Shown: piece by piece, positions 37,386 through 51,260 of the stretch
Layout of the letters: every line of letters begins with the position of its first letter
Position numbering within the stretch: position 1 is the stretch's first letter
NCBI GenBank assembly: GCA_048013815.1
Contig: CM106586.1
Span: forward strand, 7,378,001-7,442,000
Reading direction: 5' to 3'
Origin: Setoptus koraiensis
Taxonomy: Eukaryota > Animalia > Arthropoda
DNA: 64,000 nt
The notes under the pieces: generated by a model
Database searches by the model: none
What the model was told of the DNA's origin: nothing
What the model saw: only the letters and a program-made list of their open reading frames with translations
Program-made: the position numbers and the translations under genes

Positions 37386-40300
37386 TGGAGTCAGATTTTA
37401 CTCTGCGCAGCACCAATAACAGCGTTTTGGGTACTGCACACTATTTGCAACGTTTGTTGCATAGCGATCTATCGATAAGGCCAATAGGTTATTTGCTCTC
37501 TTATTAGCTTTGTCGGTGCGTATAGTTTATTGAATACAGCTTACACAGCAAGAAGCAAGAATAAAGTGTGCCTAATAACGAAGAGTTAGCTATTTATGTG
37601 GCTCGCTGGCTGGCTGGTCAGTTGGGCTCGCTTGAAGATGTTGTCATTATTTGGCTTGGTCCTCTTGTGTATTGCCGCAGCGAGCCCTTGTGTGTATGCA
37701 TGAACGAATCTAAATTGAAATGACCACCATCTAATGATGATGATGGACTCTCTCGTTGCGACGCTGATCGTTGTGTCGTCGTTGTCCAGCAAGATAAATT
37801 TGAGGTTAGCTGCTATCGTCTCAGCTTGCTTGCTTGGCTCTGCTCCTAATGTACGCTGTCCAGTCGTGCGGGTTTCCTTTTCCGCTTCGTTCATCCACGC
37901 ACGTCGGTGTGTGAGTAATCTCTGAAGGCATGTGTGTACATACTACACCATTGAGCTGGTAGCAGCGATGGCTAGGTAGTGTGGTCAGTCTTGTTATGGG
38001 CGCACAATAGTTGGCAAAGTTGGTTTTGTTGTTATCTCATATATTGAGCGAAAGCGGCTACGCTCTATTTGTTGATTTGTTTATTCTCAGCCAATGTGTG
38101 TTTAATGGCAGCATCATTGCTTCATCAGATATCATTGCATCATGATGATAATGTCACTAGATCGCAACGAGAAGTTAACACACAATATCGCTCTGGCGCT
38201 GACGAGAACTTCGATTCTTCTTTTCTCACCAGAAAGTGACTTTTAGGATGCAGGCAGAAGCGCGATGAGCGGTTCTTGATCTTGTAGCAAAATTAAATTT
38301 GCAATAAACTAGCGTCTATCAAGCGTTTACACGCTATGTATATTTTGTGTGCATGTGTAGGCAACATAATCTAATATAATAATAATATAATCTCGAGAGC
38401 AGCTCTACGCCCAATTTACTTTTGTTGCATTTGCAAACCAATTGTCACCGCGCAACATTGCCGCTGCACTATGCAGCCTCACCGAGCTGAAATCACCACC
38501 AAATGATTGTGAACCAACTGACCTTCTTTTTCGCCCAGGACGTATATTCATAAACGGCACAGAGCCAAGACTGGAACTCGTAGACTCTACGAGTCTGATC
38601 ACGACGACAGTGTTGGGCACAAGATTACTTCTATCACGTGTTGTTCATAATCGCAGTAATTTTGCCAGTCATGATGCTAGCGAACATCCACCACTACTGA
38701 TCCACTGAGCCACTACCGATAGACGGGTCTCCTCCGCTGGTATCACGTAATGGACGCCAAGATAAATGATTGGAAATGTTTGGCTCGAATCGATGCTCTC
38801 ATGGCGCAGTGTGTGTGTGTGTGTTTTAGACAGTTGAATATAGACCGCTGCTAGTCGATTCTAAATCACCGCTATTGGACCGCACAGCCGAGGCTTAGTC
38901 TGGGCTGTCTATTAAAATTATCTTTCATCTTTGAGAGAGCCAGCGAGAATCGCTCAGTTTCCCCAGCGGCAGAGACATTGAGCGCGCATGCCATACATGG
39001 CGATAAATCTTTGATTATCTCGCTTGTCTTTCAATGAAACAATGCAATTGTTTCTCCAAGATCATTCCAACCGTAGTGGCGGCAGCACCACCAGCACCAG
39101 CAGCCGTGGCTACCAATAGCGCTTAGGTTCGCACAAATTAGGTTACGCTATATAACGGTTGCTGATCTCTGCTAATTCATTCAGAGAAAATTAATATCCG
39201 ACTGGTGCTGAAGGCAAACTCACATATCGGAAATCATATTGCTGAGCTGAGGTCAAGCGTGCTAACTTTCGACAGCCGGCAGCGGTTGTTGGTTGGCCCA
39301 AATTTGCTTTGAGCGGCAGCGATCACAAACTGGGAGCGCGTGCTCCGACAACAGCCCATTATATCAACCAGCCGAACAATGTTGGGCTAGCTAACTTTTT
39401 GTTGTTATAGTTTTTGTGTCCATAAACGTGCGCCCACGCTAGCCAACAACGATTTTGCTCGACGAAACCTCGTGTGCGTGTGTAAGGTTGTGTATGGCTG
39501 AGGGGCCAAATGGGGCTGCTCACCCAGGTGTATTGGCGAGAAAATTACAATGAGATCTCATTACGTGAACTCGTTATGTTGTTGTAGCATGAAATGGTAA
39601 TGGCCATACACAATACCGGCAATAACGGGAACTGTAATATGGTATTTGCATCAGGTTTTTGTGGCAAGAATATATAATAAGTATTGTGCTGTGAACGAAC
39701 GCCAAAGCGACAGCCTGATGGCGCAGATTGAATCACACAATATTTTGCATATCTGCCCCTGCCTGGTGCAGAAATGCTAGAATATTCCAGTTTAGACTCC
39801 TCACTTTATACACCTATAACTATATTTGGCGCACACAGTCGTTTTCGTTCATGGTAATGTGGTACAGCATGAAATGATTTTTCTGTCCACGTTTGTAACA
39901 AGGGGGCATCATCGATCTTGTTGTTGGTGTCACCTACGTGTCATCTTGTAATGTTTGCTGGACATGCTGTTTGCCCCGAGTGTTTGTCACACCTAAATTT
40001 GAATACAATGCTCACTGTATAGCCAGCCGCATGCTGCCACGCGGACACATATCGGGGAGCGTTGTTAAACGGAATTTCGATAGCTCTACCTCGTGCTGAA
40101 TTTCCACCACAATGCCATCATCTTTTATTGTTGTTTGAATGGTGAATTATGATATTCACCAAGAGCAAACCGGCATGATAAGTTATTCCAACGGCATGCA
40201 CAAATGTTACCAATTTAATTTGCACGCCACCCATGAGTCATCCATGATGATGATCATTGAAATTGGCTCATACTACCAAGTATTTACACGTGATAGATCC

Positions 40301-43300
40301 CGCTAGATTGTAGTCTCACACGAAGATGAATGATTCAATGATGTGATCATTATCATAATATTTATAATATATATAAATATATGATCATCTCTGCAGACAT
40401 ATCTCAACTGCGCCACAAAAGAAGAAGCGTGCGGTGTTTGTTGTCGAACTGTGTGTGGCGCAGTGAATGAATTAAAAATTATTCAATTTTCCGAATTCGA
40501 TTTGAACGAGGCTGGCAGCTTTACAACAATTGAAGAGTTCAATGCATTCTTATGGCTAAAATGCAGTGTGGACGGAGCCCCGAGCTATGCGATAATAATT
40601 TTTGACTTGCATGTGTTTGCGTCGAGATGAACAGAGCCGAGATGATAGATATTAGATAGTACGAGTGAGCCACAATAATGAATATATCATCTCTCTATTA
40701 TTGCCGCCTAGCATACGCCGACGATTGTTTATTCTTTTCTCTCTGGTGTTTATATAGTTGTGGTTGCCCGAAGGGGCCACGTAACAAAAACCTTTCATTC
40801 AAGTCCACGTGACGCCATGCTACCTACTGCAATACCTGGAATTTCTAAAACTAATACAAATATTTGTACTTCTTCTTTGCTGGTGCAGCAAACTGGCTGC
40901 CAGCACGGACAGCAAATAAGGGGCCCAAGCAGGTGGCTCGGGCTTCTAATTGCATGTGACTATTTGTGAGACTGTTATCCAAACATTCATCGTTGCAAAC
41001 ACACACACACACATATATATATATATACAGAGGCCTCAATTGTTCACATCGACATTCATATGTACAACTATGTATCGCATGATGTGAGGCCCGAATGGGT
41101 GTTTGTTGACGTTTCTATCGGTGCCCTGTTGTTTTGTTGTTATAAGCTAGCGAGAGGTATTACGCAGAAAGAACGGATAAAGAGAACGGAGCTTTTCTCT
41201 TTCGCTTTCATATAGCAACAATTACACCCCCGAAGGCTTACAATAAGGCTCACACGAAGCACCTAGGGGACATTATGAGGCATCATTCAATTGTCGATTT
41301 ATGTCTGGCAGCTTGTTTGTTGGTAGCTGCTTAGCGGGGGTAGTCGGCTGTTTGGTATTTGTGCGATGTCGGCTCACTAAACAATGAGCAATTTTAGCCA
41401 TACAGTTTGCATTGCATTGAATCGTGCATAAAAGGTTTCATTTTGTAGCGTCTGTTGGGCAATATTGCCAGAATGAACTCGGTCGCTTGTGAGAAGGAAA
41501 TCATTGACATGTAGCGATAGTATTAGAATTGATATCTGTCTGAAACCATCTTTATATACGCGGTCATACGCTATATACAAAGTTGGTAGGTGGTGAATAT
41601 TGTTGATCCTGTATGATCGCTAGCGAATGCGCCAATAATGAGCAACCATAAGCCAGCAGTATATATCATATAGTGCAGGCATAATATAGTAATCGCACCA
41701 CAGCAGTCGTATGAGCAGCTATACTACATGTGTACATAGTAATACAGTTATGTAATCATACAACAATATTCACAGCTACGACCGCCTTGAACAATTGCGC
41801 TAAAATGCGATTTTTATTGAGGCCTCGCCCCTATATCGACTCGATCTAATCGAATTTCGAAGAGCGCTCGCCGGGGGCTCCAGTTTGTTATTTTCTTTGT
41901 CTTGCAGTTTAGGATAAAAGGCGCGGCCTATTTTCGTTGAAGACAGACCATCCGCCATATTGTTTCAGTTTCGGATAGAAATTTATTAATGCGCGAATGG
42001 GGGGGCACCGACTTGGGCGAGCTTTCTAGCCGTAGAATGGAATGCGAAATGGTTTGGGCAAGCCAATTCATGTTGCCATGTAAATAACATGCAAAATTGA
42101 TGTATTATGGTACCTGTGAAAACGTTGACACTGGCAGCTCATTATTTTTCGGATTATATCACCATCATGTTGCTGGTGAACAATTTGTTGTTGATGCTGT
42201 CAGGTTTGGTTGTCTCTTTGTTAACTTTGGTCGCGTTATCCTAAACGACCATCTTGTTACCTTCGAACAACATGACATGAAAATTCTTTGCCTCTGATGA
42301 AACAGCAACAACAACACCAGCTACCACTAGTGTCGGGTGGGTATCACAGGATCGGAATGAGCTCTGAGCGTTTGCACAGAAGGCTATTAAAAGCTCGCTT
42401 GAGTGTGTCATCGTTTTCAACGCGCAAAAAACCAGACCAAATTACCGGAGTTTTCTTTCGCCACAACGTCTGCCACTGCCACTGCCACTGGCTTTGCCTG
42501 TGCCGTACAGCCAGCCAATCTCTCCCTCACTGGAAACCTATTTTATCTTGGCTAGTTTTCCTTCAGTTGTTCCTTAGCACTTTAGCCATATATAATGATA
42601 AATCAAGTTGATAGTCACAATGATACTTGGTTAGAGATAAGCGCGGCAAATCGGGTACGGCGTGTTATCTTTGTTTCGTTGGTGCACTTTTGTTGGTTAG
42701 TTGCAGTTAAATAAATTACCAACCATTTGTATGTTTCAGCGTGCCAAAGCCTCACATTACACACAAGCAGCCAGTGAGTGGTACTTGTTTTTGCTCAACG
42801 AATTTTCAACGATAAGTAAAAAGCATTATCTACTCATTGTCCGCGCGATAACTTGTGAGTAACTTGCAGCTTGCTCTAGGATGTGCGATACTTTTTGCGC
42901 TTGTTTGTTTGTATACAACTGTGATACTGTGATAATACTGTGTGATGGCAGCAGATATTGTGTTCCTATATGCAGTGGCTTCACTTGTGCCCCTTGAACT
43001 AGCTAGACGGCCAACTATCAGACCTATTTATTAATATTATTGTTGGCCACAATTCGGCCAGTTGAAAACGATAGCCTCGCCTAGATGGAAAATAGAAACA
43101 CTGTGTTTTGTTGGAATAACGCAACGAGTGACTTTGGCTTGATTTGGACAACAGATTGCCAAGTGAGACTCAATTTTATCTATCTGGATGTTTTCTCTAC
43201 TTACGCTGATGACCACCATCAACCAATCGAGTGTATCGTCCAAAATTAACTGCTGCTCGTGCTGTTGCCTGTTCCCGGTCCACCACGAAACAACCATTGT

Positions 43301-46300
43301 TGCGGTGTTGCTGTTGACTGCCAAACCAAAACCACATCGGGCTCTTATCTTTGTAAAATGAACAACACTGAACTGTTCCGCCGCCGCTGCTATAGCCCAA
43401 CATCTGCCCCCACACACAAACTAACTATCTTTGTGAACTTTGACAGGTAAACAACATCGACAAAGACGATTATTCATGCCTGATATGGTTGTAGGCTGCT
43501 CATGTTGTAAACTGGGCCTTCCACATACATTCCTCGTACAAATCGTTCCATTGAGGGGTCCATTTTGTTTTTGTCTCAAAGCGAAAAAATATTATGTATC
43601 GCCAGCGCCAATGAGAGGTTAGCGTACGTATAACGGCACGCTGCTTTGGAATAAAAACCAAACTGGGCAAGCTGCCCTGCTTTTCGCATCGTGCTCCCTC
43701 TCCCTCTCTCTGACACTGTAATATTAAACGACGAGAGTATCCAACGAAAAACTCCGACAGTGATTATATTTATGATTCTACATCATCGTACTAGTAAGCA
43801 GGTACTATGAAATCATTGGAGCATCACGAGCCACTAACATACTATAGAGTCATCGAGACTACCAATGACTAACGTCTAAAGGATAGTTGTTCGAGGCAAC
43901 GTGGTTATCATCTTGTATTGTTCTTTGGAATGGAACTTCATTGATCTGGTCAATCTGACTCAACTATTATATTCTACGCGATCAGTTATCTAAGGTTTAA
44001 GTACGTAGCGCTAGTATAAACGTACGTAGTATTAATTCTTAGGTGACTGTTAGAGATGAGCCGTTTGTGTCACTATTTAATCTCGTTAGTTACTCATTGG
44101 ATGCCCAGTTCAAACTATTCTCACTGGATGCTATGATGCTAATGTTTATTATTTCTGAAGCTTGCCACGTCGCAGTCGTCGCTAAACGAGAACTCGAGAC
44201 AAGCTAAACGGCTTAGATAAAATGGTGTGAAGCATTAACGTGCAAGCAAAATCTCTCTGGTCACTCGTCTCTTTTCACTTAGAACGGCCAACTATAACGG
44301 TAATAAACTTCTAGGCGACTAAAGACAGTAAGCTCTAGACTGCCATCAACACACAGTTATGTTATCATATAAGATTGCAGTGTAGTCCGGCCAGGGTTTT
44401 ATGTAGCGAAAGTGGCGCCTTCACTATCACTATCCATTAAGTAATCATTTTATTTCATTTGTCTCGCCTGTTGTTTTAATCTTTCGCCTCTCTCCATCTT
44501 CATCACACTGTTCTTCTCTCACACTGCTCTATATTTGATGTCGATTGGCATTGCTGTTTAGTCTTTTCTAATTTGACCGACATTATCCGTTGAAGTGCTG
44601 CAGGAGTGGACAAAGAAGAGAGCGTGAGGGGGAGGTAAGAGATGACAATGAGAGCAATTGACACTCATTGAACTGTCACAGTACTACTGGCCGGCTTAAT
44701 GTACGAGTGCATTGGGACTTTTTCGCCTGATCTATTTCAGATGTGTGTGATGCTGTTGCCGGATCTGGTGCCCCAGTAGGCTCTCATTCTTGACACCAAA
44801 AGGCAGTTGGGTGGTCGGTTGATCCATCTGGCTCTCTCATTCTCTTTTATAACGTGGACAACTTGAGGAGATGGTGGGCTTAGTGATGGTCGCCAAGAAT
44901 AGGGCATTCAACTCTTGGCATTTCTACGTAAGGAAACTATAGCGATTTCTGCATTGTTAGCATGGACGAAAGCGCCAACGACAATAACATTACGAGTAAG
45001 CTCTCTGAACGGCGAAAGAGAGAGAGAGAAAGAAAGAAAAAGGGAGCATAATGTGACTGGCATGTTTCGTGTGTCACCTCACACGTATGCTGCTGGTAAC
45101 TGTGCTGGTCTCTTATCACCGTTACATAAATTTATACTAAGCATCGATATTGTTGTTGTCGATACACAATTTGAGCACACACAAGTGTCGTCGAGCATCG
45201 AGATAGGGACTCAAAACAGGCTACTGGTCTTGGTTGGGGCACCATAAAAGGTTTTCATTGTTGTTGATCGTGACGTCGTCACGATGTACTCTCTATAAAT
45301 GCCATACATACAATAGTATAATACCTGTCCGTTGCATTCTATTGTGGCGGTGAGGTACGTGCTTTAAACGAGTCAATACGGCTGAGAAAGGGGAGAAAGA
45401 GCAGAAATAGGCTTCGCCCAAAGTTCTTTCCCTGGACACTTTGATGATTCTTTTCATTGATCATTAGGCGATCATTATTATTGTCTTTCATTAGATCAAT
45501 TCTATATCTTGTTTTTCATACCACCTATATACACGTCTGTCTGTATACACGTCTAAGTGTTATCACTTGAACATCACAATTTACTACATGATAGGCCAGC
45601 CTCTTGACTGCACTGGCGACTTATTGGCGAGAATTTATTGGTCGATACACTTTTTCTGTGCTAACCTCAACAGAATGGGTCAAATAAATGGGAGCCTCAT
45701 AATGTATAACACTGTTGTGTAGCGTACTAATACCATTGTCTTAGTACGCTAAGTTTTCTAAATGGAGCATCTCGTTAAAGAAAATGCCCACCTGTCATCA
45801 GTAAGTGCAATGAGTGAGCGTGACAATAGAAGAAAATAGAAAGCTACCCGCCCATTAGAGAGAGAGAGAGAGAGAGAGCCCAGGTAATTGGTTATTCTCA
45901 CTTGTGCCTTACCGATCTTATTGGATTTCTATATATAGCAAACACATTTGTTGAAAGATAGCCAGGCAATGCTCATTTATAAATCAATATCACATACAAT
46001 GTCTACTTCACTTTCACAACGCTCGCTGCACTGATTCAACGTCAATTGGTTTTGTAAACATCAATGCGCTTGATAGATTGCCCTCGTGAACAATAATTTA
46101 TGCTCCACTAGATGGGTGCTGAATTGTATTAACACTTATGGTGGAGCGAAAATAATAGAAAATAATAGAAGCAACTATAATCTACGGACACTTCTGCTCA
46201 CGCTACCTTCGGTGGTTGCGCAATTTAATCTTGAGAATGCGCCATACTGTTTCCTGTCAAAAACCTATTAGCCTATTAATATGCCAGTTGTTCCTAGATC

Positions 46301-46362
46301 ACATCACTAACCGTAGTATTTTCTCATACCTTTATTCCTGTTCACCTTACTCGCACTTATAG

Positions 46363-46655
46363 GAGCGCTGATGATCAACGATGATCAAAATGTCAATTAT
46401 GATAGGGTAATCTATGCTGACCCCAATAGCGATGTCGAGCAACAATTAGTGGATGCTCCCAGACCACACACAAACAATAGGAATTTAATGGGTTACAGAC
46501 CTAAGTCATCGCAACATATTGACAATTCACAAATGAATGCTAATCAAATCATGCCCATGTCAACAACACTTGGATTTAGGGCACAGCAAAGGCTTATAAA
46601 TCAATTTGATTTAACTAAACTGAACATAGAGACGAACAGTAGATCGAACAACTAA
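46363..46655 (+). CDS. Candidate terminal exon of the bib-like gene (N/Q-rich, about 97 codons)
   Basis: Pyrimidine-rich acceptor ...cacttatag|GA in phase 1, matching the G|gt donor at 29891; open to TAA at 46653; AATAAA at 46691; composition resembles exon 2. Confidence 0.55.
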
Positions 46656-48033
46656 AAATTGTAAAGTGCTTTCTAGAATAAATTAATGATAATAAAAGCA
46701 AAAATATATAATCATCTAAAAGTAAGCCACAATATATTCCCCGGGGTGGGGGTGGGCACTGTCTTGGCAGACTGACGTCGCTAATTGATCGCCAACGTGA
46801 CATCAGCACGTGTTCATTCTTAACAATACCGATATTTTGGAGTTCAATGAAAAAGCGTGAAAATACATGAACGAGGCCAATGTTTTAGTGATTGTTTTGC
46901 TTTGCTTTTGATTGAAACGCTATTGTCCTATTCTAACCAATTAGAAAGTTCATTGGCTTGCTCGCGATCATGAAGATAATTATATTCGCGCGAAAAAATA
47001 AACGAAAAAAAGAAAAGAATAAATCGCCCTCGAGGGTCTTTTGGAACCTCGTGCATCGCTTTTGAAAAAAACGCATTATTTTGTAATGCGTTTTGGCAAC
47101 GAAATTGAAATCTCACAAGCGCCGCCTGGTGGTCCTCTCAACGATGTATGTGTGAAGTTAACTTGCACATGGATCGGCAGGGTCTACCGGGTAGACGTGC
47201 GAGCGTGCCGCTGGCGGATCGCTGATAAAGGATCTACATTGGTTTGATGCCCCTGTTGTTGTCGTTTGTTTGCACAAGCTGTTTATAAGACGGATGCTGG
47301 CTAACAAGTTTGTAAACCAGTTTTGTAGACAAGGAGACTCTTTAGATTCATTTTAAGGTGTCAGGTTGACATATGCACAAAGGTATTTTGTTATATATAC
47401 GCGTTCGTTGAAAGGATTGGCCGCACAAAAGCTTCTCAACAAGTGAGGATAGGCGGGCGTGTCGAGCGTGGGCATTCACGTTTCAGAAGCATGTGCGTGT
47501 CTGGGTATCCGCGCTATTTTTAGGCGTAGCTGGGCAAACGCTCAGACCTGCTGTTGACCGTAACAAAATAAAAAATAAAATGTATCAGCATATCCAATGT
47601 TGCTGTTACTATTATTTGTTGTAATCAGCCATATTAGAAGAGATCTATGATCTGGATATCATCGCATTACAGCAACTGCTACCACTATTATCATCATTAG
47701 TACGTTGTTGTTGTCATGCAATGTTCTCTACACCTTCTTATTTCCACTAGTGTAGTACGTGTATGCCTATGTAAAACAAGCCCTCACAACATTGCTACTA
47801 ATACTAATATTATTGTTGTTGTTATTATTTAGAGTTGATGAATTTTTTATTCTAACAGTCGACTCTAGTTGAACCCCAGGGAACAGGTAATAACGAAATA
47901 AACAGGCTTACAGATGAAGATTTGATCCTGTCAGCAGCAATTTTATTAGCACATTATTACCGCAAATATAGACCGATCTCTGGCAGAATCATATCTAAAT
48001 CAACAATACTAATCAGCCTCTAACAAACAAACA

Positions 48034-51000
48034 ATGGCGCCAGTCATTGATGACGAGGATATTTGTCGATTTTGCCGTTCGGAAGGAACCCCAGACAAGC
48101 CATTATTTCATCCATGTGTATGCGCTGGTAGCATAAAATACATTCACCAGGATTGTCTAGTTCATTGGCTCAAATATAGCGAGAAAGAATATTGTGAATT
48201 ATGTAATTATAGATTTAGCTTTACAAATATATACTCGCCTGATATGCCCGAACGTTTGCCATTGAATGTATTATTTTTAGGTATATTTAAGAACTCTGCA
48301 AGGGCAATACAGCGATGGCTCCATCTCGCATTAGTCACACTAGCTTGGGGCGTCCTAGCGCCAGTGATAGCCTGTAGATTGTATAAACTATTTCTCTACG
48401 ACACTCCGCCTTCTGGGATCCATGGGCAAATATTAGATTTATTTACCATGTCAGATATAATCAATGATATATTTCATGGCTGTTGTATTGTGTCATGTTC
48501 AATGGTTGCATTCATAAGCTTGGCCTGGCTTAAAGATCAGATAATACGCCACGGTGGACCCGACTGGCAAGATCTTCAAGACATAGATACACAAACAGAT
48601 GATATTGAAGATGATGAAGACGAAGAAGAGCTGGATGATCATCAAATTGAGCAACAACCAACACAGGACCACCTTGCCATAGCTAATATGAATTCTGGCC
48701 GTAGCACCCTTGATGAAGAGGATATCTATTTTGACACAAATGACACTATCATGAATAATGAAATATCATCAAAAATTCATCATGCCCTATCCACTGTTAA
48801 CAATCTAATCACGAATGCTCAACTAAATAATACAATTCATACACAATCAGATTTACTTTCATCCAATGACAGAGATTCACCATCTACTAGCCAGTCCAAC
48901 GTCAGTCGAGATGTGATAGAAAATTCAGACCCTCAGCTTAAGCCTAGATTGGGAAACAATAGCCCCCCAGTTCCATTTACGAATACTTCATTTGAATCAG
49001 ATTTTCAGGAGACCAGTACACCTCACTCAAATCAAAACTTACCTCCAAATATTGAAAACTCATCAAGCCCTCCAATGAATCAGAACAATTCAATTAGAGA
49101 TGCCGTAGCTGAACCAGATGAAGCCGAACCTCAGGACATAGAAGTGAATAATGAAGCCAATCAGAACAATTGGAATAACGAATGGGAAATTAATGAGGAA
49201 ATCACATGGGAAAGAATAGTCGGACTTGATGGGTCATTTGTATATGTCCAACATGTCTTTTGGGTTATATGTCTCAGTTCACTATTCATCATATTATTTG
49301 CGTTCATACCTTATAAATTTGGCAATTCTATCTTAAACCTTTTAGGCCTGCAGCTATATGTATCAATGGCCCCATTTCATGGCTTCATAACATCAATTAT
49401 CGGTTTCTTCAGCGTTGGATTTCTAGTTTTAGTCCTTGGTGCACTAGCAACACTAGCAAAATTCAAACGTGTAGCAAGAGCCATGAACTTCAGCTACATA
49501 ATAATAAGGATTACCATATTTCTAGTCTTCGAACTAGGTCTGTTACCGTTCTTATGTGGATGGTTGATTGATCTGAGCACACTACCATTAATTAACGGCA
49601 CCATCCAAGAAAGATATAATCAACTGCTGTTGTCTCCATACTTATCTACAACTGTGCACTGGACAATGGGATTTGTATATTCATTCAAATTCTTACTCTT
49701 TGTTTGTTTACTGAAAGAAGTGGTGAAGCCCAAAGTTCTGACCCTATTCTACAACTTTGAAGATCCTTCCTACAATCCTATGCCGGAAATAATTCAAGAG
49801 TCAATTTGGCAATTCATCCGTTGTTTCGTTGGTATAGCGTTCCTAATGATCTCGAGCATCTTTCTCCTAGCCTACCTACCCGTGAGAGCTGTAAAATATG
49901 CCATGCCCCAGTTCCTTCCGTATATAATAACCATCAATAAGTAAGTAGAAATAGTGATGCTCTAATGACCAAAGATAAGATTCGGGTTAATACTTTCTAA
50001 CTTATTTTAAATTTTATCTCCAATCCATAGTGAGGTGACAGAGCTCACGATAGAATTCTTCATGCTTTTGTTATTGTTTCCCACTGTCATAGATTACGGA
50101 AATTTCAGGAACTGGCTTACAATACTAGTGAGATTTTGGTGTATCCATGTAGCTAAATATCTTGGTCTAGAAACTTATCTACAAAATCATCCAAACGATT
50201 CTACCTCTGTTAGAGTGATAAGAGACAACCCTTCCGTCACAACTAGTAATACAACTGTAGCGACGACACCAGAAAACCAAGATCAAGAACAGCAATCTGT
50301 CGAACAAAAAAATCATGGCAAGGATCTTCGTAGTGATGAGGAACGCTATATGATTTGGAAGTTGACTGCCTTAGCATCCATGATCGCACTGACACTTTTT
50401 CTTGTTGGAATCATCTTAGTAACAGTGCCTGCGTTGGTTGGTAGAGCCTTTTTAGGAGTATGGTTTGGACCCAAAGTGAAGATCCATGAATGCACTACTA
50501 TATCAGTCGGCCTTTTTTGGTGCTTTATTGGAGTTAGGCTCACTTTATCATTGTATGGCTCACTTCCTCTCTCATTCGGTATTCTAGCCGCTCAAACGAA
50601 GAGATGGATAATCATCACGACAAAAGCGACCATTGTCACTCTGATATTTCTTGGGTTGATTCCTTTCTTGGTCGGACTAATATTTGATGTCACACTTATC
50701 ATACCAAGACGAGTAAGCAATTATCAAACTCCAATATTTTATCTGTGGCAGGATTGGATTTTTGGAATATTACTTTCTAAAGTTATTGGAGTTCTCATTA
50801 TGCTTTCACCTGGTCGAATGAGAGAGGCTTTGGAAGAACTCTACCAAGCAGGAATGACAAATATCCGCTTGAAGTTAGTGTTTGATCGACTCGCTGGTCC
50901 TATCATAGCTGTGCTCGGTGCATACTTATCAATTCCTTATATTGTGGCTAACTTGTTCTTACCATATCTTGGGGTCTCACCATATACCATTAGTGCTATC

Positions 51001-51147
51001 AATCGTGACATGTACGGATGGTTGATGTACACAGGAATGGGAGTAGTACTTGGTAGCTGGCAGTTCGCACAGTTTTATAACATGCACGATAACATAAGAA
51101 ATGAGCGGTATATGGTTGGTAGACGCTTAGTCAATTATCAGAGATAG
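48034..51147 (+). CDS. MARCH6: E3 ubiquitin ligase MARCHF6 (Doa10/TEB4 family); exons 48034-49940, 50031-51147; 1007 aa
   Basis: RING-CH ICRFCR...PLFHPCVCAGSIKYIHQDCL..WL......CELC; ITWERIVGLDGS; many TM segments; WQDWIFG; C-terminal IRNERYMVGRRLVNY; 90-bp phase-2 intron AA|gtaagt ... catag|T. Confidence 0.95.
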
Positions 51148-51159
51148 TTGGAGATTTAG

Positions 51160-51214
51160 AATAAAGGAAACAAAGGAAATAAATGAAACATTAACAGTGT
51201 CGATGTTATTTATT
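51160..51214. terminator. Convergent polyadenylation signals of MARCH6 (+) and ENL/AF9 (-)
   Basis: AATAAA on + at 51160 and 51178; TTTATT at 51209-51214 (AATAAA on -) within a 113-bp gap between the stops. Confidence 0.6.
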
Positions 51215-51260
51215 GTCTTAATGAATGTCCATCGCAACTTGTGGACAGTACCGCTTGTAA

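Noticed and set aside
39457-39470. Partial miR-981-like TCGACGAAACCT (and miR-184-like TGGACGGAG at about 40569)
   Set aside because: Seed or 3' part mismatched; no hairpin.
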